Shown here: piece by piece, positions 37,870-48,959 of the stretch | Position numbering within the stretch: position 1 is the first letter of the stretch | Layout: every line of letters begins with the position of its first letter | Made by a program: the position numbers and the translations under genes | Virus record (IMG/VR): IMGVR_UViG_3300027608_000010 | Source: a virus | Lineage: Duplodnaviria; Caudoviricetes | Length of the DNA: 64,000 nucleotides | Strand: one strand, 5' to 3' | The notes under the pieces: generated by a model | What the model saw: the letters and a program-made list of their open reading frames with translations, nothing else | What the model was told of the DNA's origin: nothing | The model's database searches: none

Positions 37870-40055
37870 TATAACTCCAATACTTTCCAGCCATATGTGC
37901 TGTTACTGTATACTAAACCAAAACTACTTTGATCCGCATCTACTAATAAATTATCAGCTATTCCTTGAATCTTATGACCATTCCGTGCTACTGTTAAATT
38001 GTTTGTGGCAAATGAGCCAGCTAGGTCATTGATACGAATAGTGTCACCCAATGTTGCGCTAGTTGGTAATGTCATTGTTTTTGCACCACCAGATGTGTCA
38101 ACAAAGTATCCATTGTTTGCAACCATAGTTGCATTGCTACTTGCTATATTCCAAGTTAGTGCAGAACTACCGCCACCAGCTCCACCGGTACCACTAAATG
38201 TTGTTACTTCAATAAACGCTGTATTTGGAGGTGCGGCATCAAATGTTAATTGTGGACCCATTAATGAATAAGACGATTTAGGTTGCAATACACCCTGAAC
38301 AGCAACCATTGTAACATTTTCACTTGACGGTGTGGTAGATAATGTAAATGTAGTATATGTACCATTAGCAGTAAATTCATCTACGGTAGCGGTTAGTGCA
38401 GTTTGTGCCGCCCAACTTAAACTACCCGAACCATCTGTTGTTAAGAAATAACCATTAGATCCACCAGTAATATGTAGATTACTAACATTACCTAAACTTA
38501 CATTTGCACCATAGAAATCAACATTACCTGATACACTTAAACTTGTTAGTGTACCTGTACTCGTAATATTTGGTTGTGCGTTTGCTGTTACTGTGCCGGC
38601 CGAAATTGCTGAAGTTGCTGAAGTTGCGGCAACTCCGGTTAATTGACTACCATTACCTATGAAATAACTAGCACGTACATTACCATAACTATTCCAAGTA
38701 ACTACTTCACTAGTAAGGGATACATTACTACCTATTCCAAATTCTACGTTACTATCATCCCAACCGATAAATGCATCTACTGCGGATGATCCACTATAAT
38801 AATGTAGTAATAATCCGCGGTCTTTGTTGTCATCAGTTGATAGAGTGGCTCCGTTTGCGTCGCCGCCAATCTCAAATATCGGATCTACTAGCGTTGTTAC
38901 TGTTGAATTAACACGGGTAGTAGTTCCACCAACAATTAAGTTACCACTCAGTGTTAAATTACCACCGGATATATTACCAGTGTATGATGTTAAATATGCT
39001 CCTGCGTTAGTATTGCTATATGAATCAGTAATGCCATAACCACTAATAGTAGTTGGTGTACTTGAGACATTTGCCCAAGTTACTAAGTTAGCAATGTTAG
39101 CATAATGTGACTGTACCGCGCTAGTTACATTACCAGAGACATTTCCACCTGCTATATATGTAATAGAACTGCCATTACCACTAAATGTATTAGCAGTAAT
39201 AATATTGGCAGTGATATTGCCTGAGGTTGAGAAAGTAGCTGTAGTAAGATATGCACTTGCGTTTGTATTGCTATATGCTCCAGTAATACTAGATGCTGGA
39301 ATATTAGTTAATAATCTACCATCACCACTGAAATAATTTGCAGTAACTACATTACCTGCATTGACATTACCTGAAATTACTACGTTACCAGTACCATTTG
39401 GTGATAGATTTATATTTGCATTAGTATCAAGACTAGAAATAGTATTGCTAGAAATATATAAATTACCTAATGTTGCTGTAGTGGATGTAGTTGTGCTGCT
39501 AGTTCCAAATCCAATACCACCTGTATATCGTGCACCAGTTATATAAATGCTTTTACCAGTAACATTAGTGGTGATAGCTGTAGGAATATTTGTACCAATA
39601 AAGTGCAGTACACCTGATTGATAATCAAAGTACCATTGGTCATCATTTAGACCGCCAGCAGAAATTTTATTACCAGCAATTGTTACTTGAGTTGTTTTGT
39701 TTGACCCTGTAATTCCTGAATTAGCAATGTAAACGCTGATAATGTAATCAGCACCAAACTCAGGACTGATCCAATCTGTGTAATTAGTTTTCCATGTTCT
39801 ATTATCTGCGGCAGTTAAATCTTCAGTACATTCAACCGTAGTAGTACCTGAATATACTGTAACCACTGCGCTTGCTGTAGCAATACTACCAGGAATAGAA
39901 CCCGATTGCTGCCAAATCTTATCGCCGCGAATTAATAACGGACTAGAAATGCTTTCTTCAAACCCTTGTTTGTTGGTTCCGGAATCAGTTTTAGTTTTTC
40001 CGTAGGCTATCTTTTTCCATAGATAGTCAACTTTTTGTGTATCGGAAATAGCCAT
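37869..40055 (-). CDS. 728-aa fibre protein (MAISDTQK family, copy 1)
   Basis: N-terminal ~180 aa paralogous to 50336-51445. DKDRG module; gp34-like C-terminal domain as in the 1112-aa gene. Confidence 0.8.
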   Translation of the reverse strand: MAISDTQKVDYLWKKIAYGKTKTDSGTNKQGFEESISSPLLIRGDKIWQQSGSIPGSIATASAVVTVYSGTTTVECTEDLTAADNRTWKTNYTDWISPEFGADYIISVYIANSGITGSNKTTQVTIAGNKISAGGLNDDQWYFDYQSGVLHFIGTNIPTAITTNVTGKSIYITGARYTGGIGFGTSSTTTSTTATLGNLYISSNTISSLDTNANINLSPNGTGNVVISGNVNAGNVVTANYFSGDGRLLTNIPASSITGAYSNTNASAYLTTATFSTSGNITANIITANTFSGNGSSITYIAGGNVSGNVTSAVQSHYANIANLVTWANVSSTPTTISGYGITDSYSNTNAGAYLTSYTGNISGGNLTLSGNLIVGGTTTRVNSTVTTLVDPIFEIGGDANGATLSTDDNKDRGLLLHYYSGSSAVDAFIGWDDSNVEFGIGSNVSLTSEVVTWNSYGNVRASYFIGNGSQLTGVAATSATSAISAGTVTANAQPNITSTGTLTSLSVSGNVDFYGANVSLGNVSNLHITGGSNGYFLTTDGSGSLSWAAQTALTATVDEFTANGTYTTFTLSTTPSSENVTMVAVQGVLQPKSSYSLMGPQLTFDAAPPNTAFIEVTTFSGTGGAGGGSSALTWNIASSNATMVANNGYFVDTSGGAKTMTLPTSATLGDTIRINDLAGSFATNNLTVARNGHKIQGIADNLLVDADQSSFGLVYSNSTYGWKVLEL

Positions 40056-43000
40056 TAACTAAAACTCCATGAACTTACATAATCACCCGATGCTAGTGCA
40101 ATACTAAACAATACTTGATTTGACCAATTACCTGTTGAACTTGTACTACCTTCTCCAAAAGTAATAGCATATGATGTACCTGATATTACCGATCCTGTAG
40201 GAACAGTTACTGTTGCGGCACATCCACTGTCATTTGCTCCGGCGACACCAGAACCAAAATATACTACTGTCGCATCTAACCACCCATTAGTAGTGTACGT
40301 TAAACTATCAGTAACACCCGGGATAGCAAATCTCAATCCAGAAATCTTTCCGGTAATAGTAACAGTAAATCCACTTCTAGCTGCTCTAGTAAATGCACCA
40401 AAGAAATATTGTGTTCCGCTACGACCAGTATTTAAGTTTGGACCTGCAGGTAAATAACCAGACAAATCAGTATTGAACCATTTTAATTGATTCCAACGAA
40501 CTATAGCACTATCTGTACCTGCAACAGTTTGTACTCCTGACCAAACCGCAGATGAGTAGAAATTAGTCTGTCCGCCCCCAGTATATGATCTTGTGGCACC
40601 TGAACCAGATAAAACAATTCGTTTTGCGACTGTATTATCTCCACCTATACTGCAAGGTATGCTTTCTTCAACAAATCCACTAGGTGTAGCAGTAAAGACT
40701 TGAACTTTCTTGCTATGTGTAGCATAAGCACTAGAACCATTTACGTTAGTTGCCAAGAATTTAACAGTTTGAACCGATGCAACGGATGATGTAGTAATAT
40801 TGGCAGTGATACTACCTAAAGTATATTGATATCCACTTGTATTACCTGTATTAGCTTTTGGTATACCACCAGACAATAAGGTAGGTGATCCATCTATTTG
40901 AGTATATGTTCTAGTCTGTGATGCTACTACACTACCACTAGTGCTTTCATCATTTGTTCCTGGTTCAATTTGAAAAGGTGTAGTTGTATTTTGATATGTC
41001 TGTCCTATCCAGTTATATATATTTGCCCCAGCTAATGTGATTGTTGGACTGCCCGTGTTGTAGTAAGGAACACCCGAAATATAACGATATGTTCCATTTG
41101 TTGCATTACTTAATGTTGCGGTTGATACATCAATAGTAGGTACACTGGTTACATCATCTTTGACAAATTCAATAATGTTAGTATTTCCTGTACTACTATG
41201 ACTCAACTTAAAAGTGTTAAGACCTGCAGTTAATGCTGAATTTGTTTTAGACACTTTAGCAGTAAACCCTTTATATAATGATGGACTATAAATTGATGCA
41301 CTGAATGCAATTGCTGTTCCGGTAGCATCTAATAAGTTATAATCACTTTCTGCTGAAAGAACTAATGAAAGATTTGTTCCTGCCTGACTACCGGTAGTTA
41401 ATGCAATATTACCATCTTCTGTATTATTTACTACCGCACGTAAATATCCACTATCAGCATTAGATGCATATGTTGGCATTACTATAGTTTCAACTGGTGT
41501 TCCAGAAGTCACACGACTAATACTTGATCCTGCTGTTATTGTGACTGCGGCACCTGCATTGTTGGCATAATTAGCCGCGAGATATGGACTTGTTCCAACA
41601 CTAGTTTGGAATGTAATTGTTTTAGCACTCAATCCATTTGGTGAAGCAATACTTGGATTATACACCTTGATTGCAGCCGTGCTATTTGGACCTGTTGCAA
41701 TATAAGCCGGTGTAGCTGTGCTATGACTTGTAATTGTTACAGTAATTGTTTTTGTGCCTGTACTTGAGTTTTGACCACTTGCATATGCATGACTTATACG
41801 GCCGCCACCGACACCACCCAATACACTATCACTGCTGATAGTATCCGGGGTAGAACTATCTCCCCAGTTAATTGAATAAGTTACTGCGGCACCTGTAGTA
41901 TTTGTAGTAGTGTTATCTAAATATATTGTTTCACCTTCACTAGCATATAAATTGCTGCCAGTTAATGCTAATCCACCTGTACTTCCTCTGTATAAACTAA
42001 ATCCAACAACCGGATTAGCAGTATAAATTGTAATATAAGCTGTGCGTGTAAAACTTGCTTCACTACCAGTGCCAGTGCCACTTAAATTATATGCACGTAC
42101 TGTTACTGTAAATGGGCTATTTGTGTTTGTTGAATAAGTATGTGATGGCGTAGAACTAGTTGAGGCTAAAGTTTGTGTACCATCACCCCAAGTAATATCA
42201 TAGCGATTTGGAGAACCAACACTTGTAATTGTTAGAGTTACAGAAGTTCCTGCGCCACCTGCTGTTGGACTAGCTGTAAAAGTTACGCTCTTAACATATG
42301 TACTATTTCTTACATTTTCTAGTGTTTCATTTAAGTCATCAATTGCATCAGTCACTTTAGTTGCAGTTGTCCATGTTGTAATAGCTCCGGGAGTCACTAA
42401 ATCTGTGTCGGTTGATGTTCCTAGTGTAATGGCGTTACCTACTGCGGTAGCGGTAATCCAAGATAAATTACCAGAACCATCTGTACTTAAAACTGTACCA
42501 CTAGTACCTCCAGTAATTTTAATATTAGCATTAGAACCTAAACTTACATTTGCTCCAGTAAATGATACATTACTTGCTGCTAGGCTACCTGAATAAGTTG
42601 TTAAATATGCTCCTGCATCAGTATTGCTATATGAGTCAGTAATGCCATAACCACTAATAGTAGTTGGTGTACTTGTAATATTAGTAAATGATACTGAATT
42701 AGCAATATTAGCATAGTGTGATTGTACTGCACTGTTTACATTACCTGATACATTAGTGCCTGATACGCTATTTGCTACATTAGCCCAATTTGATGTTATT
42801 GCATATGATACATTACCAGATACGTTTGCACCAGTTAAACTTGTTAATAGACTACCATTGCCACTAAAATAATTTGCTGTTAGTGTGTTTGTTGCAACAG
42901 TAAATGTTAAGTTTGGTGATGAAATCAAGTTGCCGGTTGATCCAACAAATTCTATTTCACCTGTTCCACCGGTTACTGAGATATTTCCACTAACAGCCCC

Positions 43001-44167
43001 AATTACATTACCATATACATTACCAATTAAATTTCCAGTAACATTCCCAACAACATCTCCGTATGTGTTTCCAATGAAGTTACCATATACATTGCCGGTT
43101 AAGTTACCTTGTATGTTGGCAGTTATATTAGCAACCGCTAATGTACTAGTATTTTTATTAAAAGTTAGATTAGCACTTGCACCTAAAGTATTGCTACCAT
43201 TATCATTAAAAAATAGTTGTTTATCGGCGCCGGCTATATTAGCATTTCCGGTAGTTACTGAGCTCCATGTAACATTACCATTACCATCAGTTGTTAGATA
43301 CTGTCCAGAACTTCCACCATAGACAGTGACATTAGCGACATTACCTAATATTGCAGGACCTATTAGTGTTATACCTGTCAATGTACCTAAACTAGTAATA
43401 TTATATTGATTTGCTGTAGTTAATAAACCAGATATATTTCCAGAAACAGTTAGATTACCTAATGTTCCCAAACTAGTAATGTTTGCTTGTGCGCTGGCAG
43501 TGACAGTTTGCGCTGTATCTGCGGTACCTACTAGGTTACCTATAACATTTTTTACACGAACGTTACCAAATGTATTGAATGTAACTACATCCCCGGTAAC
43601 ACTTACATTGCTACCAAATGCAAACTCGCTATTACTATTATCCCAACCTAAAAACGCATCAACCGGGCTTCCAGCCAAACCGCCACCGCCACTATAGTAA
43701 TGTAATAATTGACCGCGATCCTTAGAGTCATTAGTTGTTAGTGGGGTTCCATCAGTGCTGCCACCCTGTTCAATTATAGGGTCTTTGATGTTTAATGTTA
43801 ATACATTTGCGTATATAAAGTTACCATTGATAGTAACGTTTCCAGTGAATACACCATCAGTTGCGTTTAATATACCTACATTGGCATTGTTTGTGACTGT
43901 CACATTACCCAACGTCCCAACATCGGTAATGTTATATTGATTAGCTGTAGTTAGTGTTCCGGTTAGAAAATTAGCTGTAACATTTCCACTACTGAATACA
44001 TTGCCCTTTACGCCAATACCACCGGTAACTCTTAATGCACCTGTACTATTGCTTGTGGCAGGAAAACCGGTATTAACACCGTCGACGGTATTAACACCGT
44101 CGACCTTTAAAAAAGTATCGACTGTAGCATTACCATATATTCGTGTTTCGGAGCGTAATAGTGCCAT
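40055..44167 (-). CDS. 1370-aa virion protein with PKD-like domains
   Basis: YDITWGDGT and YSINWGDS PKD signatures. C-terminal ~800 aa is paralogous to 51445-54378. Confidence 0.8.
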   Translation of the reverse strand: MALLRSETRIYGNATVDTFLKVDGVNTVDGVNTGFPATSNSTGALRVTGGIGVKGNVFSSGNVTANFLTGTLTTANQYNITDVGTLGNVTVTNNANVGILNATDGVFTGNVTINGNFIYANVLTLNIKDPIIEQGGSTDGTPLTTNDSKDRGQLLHYYSGGGGLAGSPVDAFLGWDNSNSEFAFGSNVSVTGDVVTFNTFGNVRVKNVIGNLVGTADTAQTVTASAQANITSLGTLGNLTVSGNISGLLTTANQYNITSLGTLTGITLIGPAILGNVANVTVYGGSSGQYLTTDGNGNVTWSSVTTGNANIAGADKQLFFNDNGSNTLGASANLTFNKNTSTLAVANITANIQGNLTGNVYGNFIGNTYGDVVGNVTGNLIGNVYGNVIGAVSGNISVTGGTGEIEFVGSTGNLISSPNLTFTVATNTLTANYFSGNGSLLTSLTGANVSGNVSYAITSNWANVANSVSGTNVSGNVNSAVQSHYANIANSVSFTNITSTPTTISGYGITDSYSNTDAGAYLTTYSGSLAASNVSFTGANVSLGSNANIKITGGTSGTVLSTDGSGNLSWITATAVGNAITLGTSTDTDLVTPGAITTWTTATKVTDAIDDLNETLENVRNSTYVKSVTFTASPTAGGAGTSVTLTITSVGSPNRYDITWGDGTQTLASTSSTPSHTYSTNTNSPFTVTVRAYNLSGTGTGSEASFTRTAYITIYTANPVVGFSLYRGSTGGLALTGSNLYASEGETIYLDNTTTNTTGAAVTYSINWGDSSTPDTISSDSVLGGVGGGRISHAYASGQNSSTGTKTITVTITSHSTATPAYIATGPNSTAAIKVYNPSIASPNGLSAKTITFQTSVGTSPYLAANYANNAGAAVTITAGSSISRVTSGTPVETIVMPTYASNADSGYLRAVVNNTEDGNIALTTGSQAGTNLSLVLSAESDYNLLDATGTAIAFSASIYSPSLYKGFTAKVSKTNSALTAGLNTFKLSHSSTGNTNIIEFVKDDVTSVPTIDVSTATLSNATNGTYRYISGVPYYNTGSPTITLAGANIYNWIGQTYQNTTTPFQIEPGTNDESTSGSVVASQTRTYTQIDGSPTLLSGGIPKANTGNTSGYQYTLGSITANITTSSVASVQTVKFLATNVNGSSAYATHSKKVQVFTATPSGFVEESIPCSIGGDNTVAKRIVLSGSGATRSYTGGGQTNFYSSAVWSGVQTVAGTDSAIVRWNQLKWFNTDLSGYLPAGPNLNTGRSGTQYFFGAFTRAARSGFTVTITGKISGLRFAIPGVTDSLTYTTNGWLDATVVYFGSGVAGANDSGCAATVTVPTGSVISGTSYAITFGEGSTSSTGNWSNQVLFSIALASGDYVSSWSFS

Positions 44168-44184
44168 AGTTTTTGCCTTACATA

Positions 44185-44192
44185 TACTTATG
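44185..44192 (-). promoter_or_regulatory. T4-late-like promoter
   Basis: CATAAGTA overlapping the 77-aa stop, upstream of 44167. Confidence 0.45.
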
Positions 44193-44421
44193 TAATTCCT
44201 GACACCTCGTCAAAAACTCCGGAAATTTTAAGTACACCCGTATTTAGCTGTTGCATAGCCTTGCCATTTTGGGTGCCTGAATATTCATCCAAAGTATAAG
44301 CAAAAACCCCCTCGGGGGTTATGCTTATGTTATTGTGACTTACTTCATCAAACCCTACGCTACTTTGTGAGTTAGCGTAGAGTGTGCCGGAATTGTTTAA
44401 TCTCGCCGCAATAGTAGCCAT
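44188..44421 (-). CDS. 77-aa protein (MATIAARL family, lacking the lectin insert)
   Basis: N-terminus (MATIAARL..GTL..FDEV) and C-terminus (NGKAMQQLNTGVLKISGVFDE) match both ends of 48960-49853. GGAGG RBS. Confidence 0.75.
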   Translation of the reverse strand: MATIAARLNNSGTLYANSQSSVGFDEVSHNNISITPEGVFAYTLDEYSGTQNGKAMQQLNTGVLKISGVFDEVSGIT

Positions 44422-44434
44422 TAATCACCTCCAA

Positions 44435-47400
44435 TTAATTGAAGATGAAATCTAGACTATTAGATGTAGAGTTAAATTGAATGTAAGCCTTGCTTGATGT
44501 ACCGCCGTTGTTATCAGCAAATCCAACTGAATGACCAGTGTAGATATTACCAATAGCAGCGATACCACCGGTTGTTTTAATTGTACCTGTTATAGAACTT
44601 GTTGCGTCAACTACTCCACTTGCTACAATTAAATTACCAGCAGTAATATTGTTACCATTAATGTTACCAGTAACATCAAGTATCCCAGTAAGATTAGCAC
44701 CTGTTCCAGTAATAACTAATATTTGTGCTGAGGCAACAACAAAGTTAATATTACCACCTGATGCCGGTATACTTACGTTACTTGTACCATTAGCAATTTT
44801 GTCTTGGTTAACTGTAGCAAAACTTAGAACGCCGCTGCCGTTAGTTTGTAAGAACTGACCAGAAGTACCACCGGTAATTGTTAAATTACCAACTGGGCCT
44901 ACATTTGATAGCCCATTGACATTTAGTCCGGTTAGTGTACCAACTGAAGTAACATTTGGTTGCGCCACTGTTGTTAATGTACCACCGACATATGTACCAG
45001 AAATATTGCCACCAGAGATGTTACCAGTAGCGTCAACTCTACCACTTGTAGTGATATTGCCACCGTCAACATTACCAACTGCTGTAATTGATGTACCTGC
45101 CCAGATTGAACCAGATACGTTTGCATTTGGCATGTATACTGATTGAACAGTTGATTCATAATATAAAGTAGCAACATCAGTTAGTTTACCAGCAACAGTA
45201 TATGGAATTGAACCGCTTACAGTCAGACCGGCAACTGTTACATTACCTGCTTTTAAGTTAGTTGTAACATTAGCATTTGTAGCAATAAGTTCAGAACCAC
45301 CTGAATCCCATGTTAGACCAGAGACACCTGATAGTTCTTTACCAGCTCCTGCAATTACAACTCGACCAACAGTCAAGTGACTATCAATGATGTTACCAGC
45401 AGTTAATGTAGTAACGACATTTGCATTTGTTACGGTTAATTCGTTTGTACCTGTACTAAATGTAAAGTCTGCATCATCAACTAATTTACCAGATGCACTA
45501 GCAAATGTAACACGACCTGAAGTTAATGTAGTAACATTAACATCGGCTGCTTGTACAGTACCAGTTAATGTAGCATTGCCAACTTCTAACGTAGAAGTAC
45601 CGGTTGTGAACTTAAATGTGCTGTCATCTGTCAATGACTCATTAGTATCTACGAATGGAACACGGGTTGAAGTTAGTGATGAAATAATAATTTCATCTGT
45701 AGTTGTTGTACCAATAACATTTGCGTTACCGGTATACATTGTATTGTTAGCAGTATAGAACTTAAAGTTTGCTGATGCATCTAAATCACTTGCACCATCT
45801 TTATGAAATTGAATTTCAAATGCAGCACCTGCCGCTGTTTGGAAGTCAATTGCTGCACCATTAGCATAGTAATAGTTGTCACTGAAGATACCATTTGCCG
45901 CACCAGGAGTGTTAGAGATACGAATATTACCGTTAGCAGTAATATCAGCAGTAACAGTTAAACTTGCTAGTGTACCAACACTAGTAATGTTAGGTTGAGC
46001 CGCTGTTGTCAATGTACCTGTTAAGTATGTAGCACTGACTAAGTTTGCTCCACTAATTTGTGAACTAGTACCACTCAAAGTGATATCGCCGTTAGCACCA
46101 AGTGTAATATTACCTGCGTCAAGATTACCTGCACTTAAATTTAAACTTGAACCAGTTGCTGCACCAATGTTTGGTGTAACAAATGCCGCACTATCTGCAA
46201 CTTTTAACTCATTAGTACCACTAACCGCTAAGGTAGAAGTATCAAATTTTACATTAATTTCATTACCAGTCTTGCTTAATGCTACATTGACAGAAACTGT
46301 ACCAGCAGAACTGAATTGAGTCCAAACAATAGCTGTTGTACCAACAGTGATAGGATTATTTGTAGAAACAACCCAACCAGTATCAGCGTACTCTGTACCT
46401 TCTTCAACGAATGTGAATGAACCACCTGTAATTTTATCTTGTACTGCGTCATCAGAACGTGCCCATGCACCTGAAGCAACAACGTAAATACCATTTTGCG
46501 AACCAGTAGTTTGTGCTTTAACAAGAACACGATCACCAACAGAAAGAAGAACTCCATCAATAGTTTGAGTATTGCTTAGAGTAATATTTACAGTGGTTGC
46601 TAAACGTACACTTGACTTAATATCAAGACCTTGTGAGTTAGCATCAACATAACCTTTTGTAGCCGCATCAGTTGATTGTGTTGGGGTATCTACACTAGTA
46701 ATACGTTTGCTAGAAGCACTGATTGTACCAGTACCATTTGGTGCTAGAATAACGTTACCGTTTGATGAACCACCTGAGACAGTGATATCACCAGTTGTTC
46801 TTGCAATGATATTATCTGTTACGATATTACCTGTTGCTGTAATATTATTAGATACTGCTATTGAGTCAGTAGTATATGTGATGTTAGCACTAGTTAATAA
46901 ATGACCATCTGCACCAGCTAGTACCATTCCACCTGATGTTAAGTTGTTTGCATATACGTTTGCGGCTGTTACTGTGCCACCGGTATTAATATTGCCGGCT
47001 GATAGCAACCCAACAGTTGAAATATTACCTGCTACTAAGTTTGCAGTAACATTAGCAGAACCAGTAACTGTTAGTAGAGTTGAGCCTGAAGTCCATAATA
47101 GCGCAGAAGTATCGTCTAATTGACCACCTGCCCCTGCTATTACTAAACGACCGGTTGTTGTTAAATTGTTTGCAAATACTTTATCGCCAACTAAGTTAGC
47201 AGAAGCATTTACATTACCGGTAACTGCTAGCGTTGCTGATGCGAATGATAGCCCAGAGTCATCAACTAATTTACCATTTGTTCCAGCTAATACAACACGA
47301 TTTGTTGTTGTTAGATTATTTGCAAATACATTTCCACCTTTTAAATCAAGATTTGCATATATGTAATTACCTTGAATAATATTATTAGCGTAAAGATTAC

Positions 47401-48892
47401 CGGCAGTAAAATTATTAGATGAAGAAGTTCCGTCTGCCGTTGAAGTAATTGACTGTGTACCTAGTCTAATACTAGAACCACTTAACCACAAATCTCTCCA
47501 TGCATATGTTGCATTACCTAAATCTTGTGTAACATTTACTGCAGGGATCAAATCACCAGTTACAAAACCACCTGATTGAATTTTAAGATTACCAACTACT
47601 GCTGTATTGTTTGCTATTACATTTTCGCCGGTAACATTACCGGTAGCATTAACAACTCCGCCGGTAACCAAGTTACCAACATTCGCAGTACTAGTGATAT
47701 TAGCATAACCACGACTGATAATTTTACTGACGTTGGCTTCATCAACAGAATAAATTTTACCCAATGAATCTAAATTACCAACGTTAGCTGTTAGCGTAAT
47801 GTTTGCCCAACCAGAAGCAACAATATTGGCTTGTGTAGAAAGATTACCTGAAGCAAGTAATGTAACAGTACCAATGTGATTGTTTGAAGTAATATTATTT
47901 GCTGTTACATTGCCCTTAGAGTTAATAGTAGTCATTGACTCTAAACTATTAACATTAGCAAGACCTAAAACAGTAGCATTAACTTGAACAGTCAAGTTAC
48001 CAATATTACCTGTTTCAATATTTCCATAACCAGTGGTATATAAATTACCTACGTTAGCTGTTTTACCAATTTCAACACTGTTAGTAACATACAACGTGTT
48101 ACTACGAACTTCACCTACAACTTGTAAACCACTATTAGCTTTAGTAAAAGTTAAACCAGAAGTAGCATTTTGTTGACCACCGTCATTGAACTGAACTTGT
48201 GTATCGGATCCTTTTGCTGTAATTTCACCAATAATATTACCATAAATATTGCCTGTTACTCTTAGATCAAGACCGACGTTTGCGTTACCTACAGTCACCA
48301 ATGAATTTAAATTAGCTAGACCAGTTGTATTAATTGTTCCGTTACCAAATGTTGAATTTGCAGTTGCATTACCAATAACAAGAGTAGTAAGTGTACCAAC
48401 TTGTGTAATGTTTGTTTGTACTGCGCTGGTAACGTTACCAGCATATACAGACATATTAGCATTGTTAACAGTACCAGTAACTTCAGTACCAGTTAAGTTA
48501 GTTAGATAATCACCATTACCTACAAAATATCCACCAACGATATTACCTTTTAGTGCGTTTGTTGCACCTGGGGTTACGTCATTGTCAGTGTATGTTGAAT
48601 TAGCCGATAGTATGATTTGACCGTCTTTATATCCAATGAATGCGTTTTTTGCACTACCGTCATGATAATGAAGTAAAATACCACGTTCATGACCATCATC
48701 TGCTATAAGAGCATTGCCTTCTGGGCCACCACCTAATTCAATTAATGAATCTTCAATTCTCGTTGTGGTTGTATCAACTGTAGTTGTTGTACCTTTAATA
48801 ATCAAATTACCGGTAATTTCCACATCCACTGCGGTCATTTTAGTGGTAATATCTAAATTACCCCAAACCTTACTGTCTTTTAACTGTGCCAT
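44435..48892 (-). CDS. 1485-aa fibre protein
   Basis: ATKGYVD..GLDIKSSVRLATT..LSNTQTIDGV..GDRVLVKAQ..QNGIYVV fibre domain, GRVVxAGxxGxL repeats, C-terminal LDFIFN. Confidence 0.8.
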   Translation of the reverse strand: MAQLKDSKVWGNLDITTKMTAVDVEITGNLIIKGTTTTVDTTTTRIEDSLIELGGGPEGNALIADDGHERGILLHYHDGSAKNAFIGYKDGQIILSANSTYTDNDVTPGATNALKGNIVGGYFVGNGDYLTNLTGTEVTGTVNNANMSVYAGNVTSAVQTNITQVGTLTTLVIGNATANSTFGNGTINTTGLANLNSLVTVGNANVGLDLRVTGNIYGNIIGEITAKGSDTQVQFNDGGQQNATSGLTFTKANSGLQVVGEVRSNTLYVTNSVEIGKTANVGNLYTTGYGNIETGNIGNLTVQVNATVLGLANVNSLESMTTINSKGNVTANNITSNNHIGTVTLLASGNLSTQANIVASGWANITLTANVGNLDSLGKIYSVDEANVSKIISRGYANITSTANVGNLVTGGVVNATGNVTGENVIANNTAVVGNLKIQSGGFVTGDLIPAVNVTQDLGNATYAWRDLWLSGSSIRLGTQSITSTADGTSSSNNFTAGNLYANNIIQGNYIYANLDLKGGNVFANNLTTTNRVVLAGTNGKLVDDSGLSFASATLAVTGNVNASANLVGDKVFANNLTTTGRLVIAGAGGQLDDTSALLWTSGSTLLTVTGSANVTANLVAGNISTVGLLSAGNINTGGTVTAANVYANNLTSGGMVLAGADGHLLTSANITYTTDSIAVSNNITATGNIVTDNIIARTTGDITVSGGSSNGNVILAPNGTGTISASSKRITSVDTPTQSTDAATKGYVDANSQGLDIKSSVRLATTVNITLSNTQTIDGVLLSVGDRVLVKAQTTGSQNGIYVVASGAWARSDDAVQDKITGGSFTFVEEGTEYADTGWVVSTNNPITVGTTAIVWTQFSSAGTVSVNVALSKTGNEINVKFDTSTLAVSGTNELKVADSAAFVTPNIGAATGSSLNLSAGNLDAGNITLGANGDITLSGTSSQISGANLVSATYLTGTLTTAAQPNITSVGTLASLTVTADITANGNIRISNTPGAANGIFSDNYYYANGAAIDFQTAAGAAFEIQFHKDGASDLDASANFKFYTANNTMYTGNANVIGTTTTDEIIISSLTSTRVPFVDTNESLTDDSTFKFTTGTSTLEVGNATLTGTVQAADVNVTTLTSGRVTFASASGKLVDDADFTFSTGTNELTVTNANVVTTLTAGNIIDSHLTVGRVVIAGAGKELSGVSGLTWDSGGSELIATNANVTTNLKAGNVTVAGLTVSGSIPYTVAGKLTDVATLYYESTVQSVYMPNANVSGSIWAGTSITAVGNVDGGNITTSGRVDATGNISGGNISGTYVGGTLTTVAQPNVTSVGTLTGLNVNGLSNVGPVGNLTITGGTSGQFLQTNGSGVLSFATVNQDKIANGTSNVSIPASGGNINFVVASAQILVITGTGANLTGILDVTGNINGNNITAGNLIVASGVVDATSSITGTIKTTGGIAAIGNIYTGHSVGFADNNGGTSSKAYIQFNSTSNSLDFIFN

Positions 48893-48936
48893 TTTCTTTT
48901 CCTTATATATTTGGTGACTTGTCTAACCTATAGTTG

Positions 48937-48951
48937 TATTTATCTATTTAC
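48937..48951 (-). promoter_or_regulatory. Tandem T4-late-like promoter motifs
   Basis: GTAAATA (48951-48945) followed by GATAAATA (48944-48937), upstream of 48892. Confidence 0.55.
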
Positions 48952-48959
48952 TATAGTAA

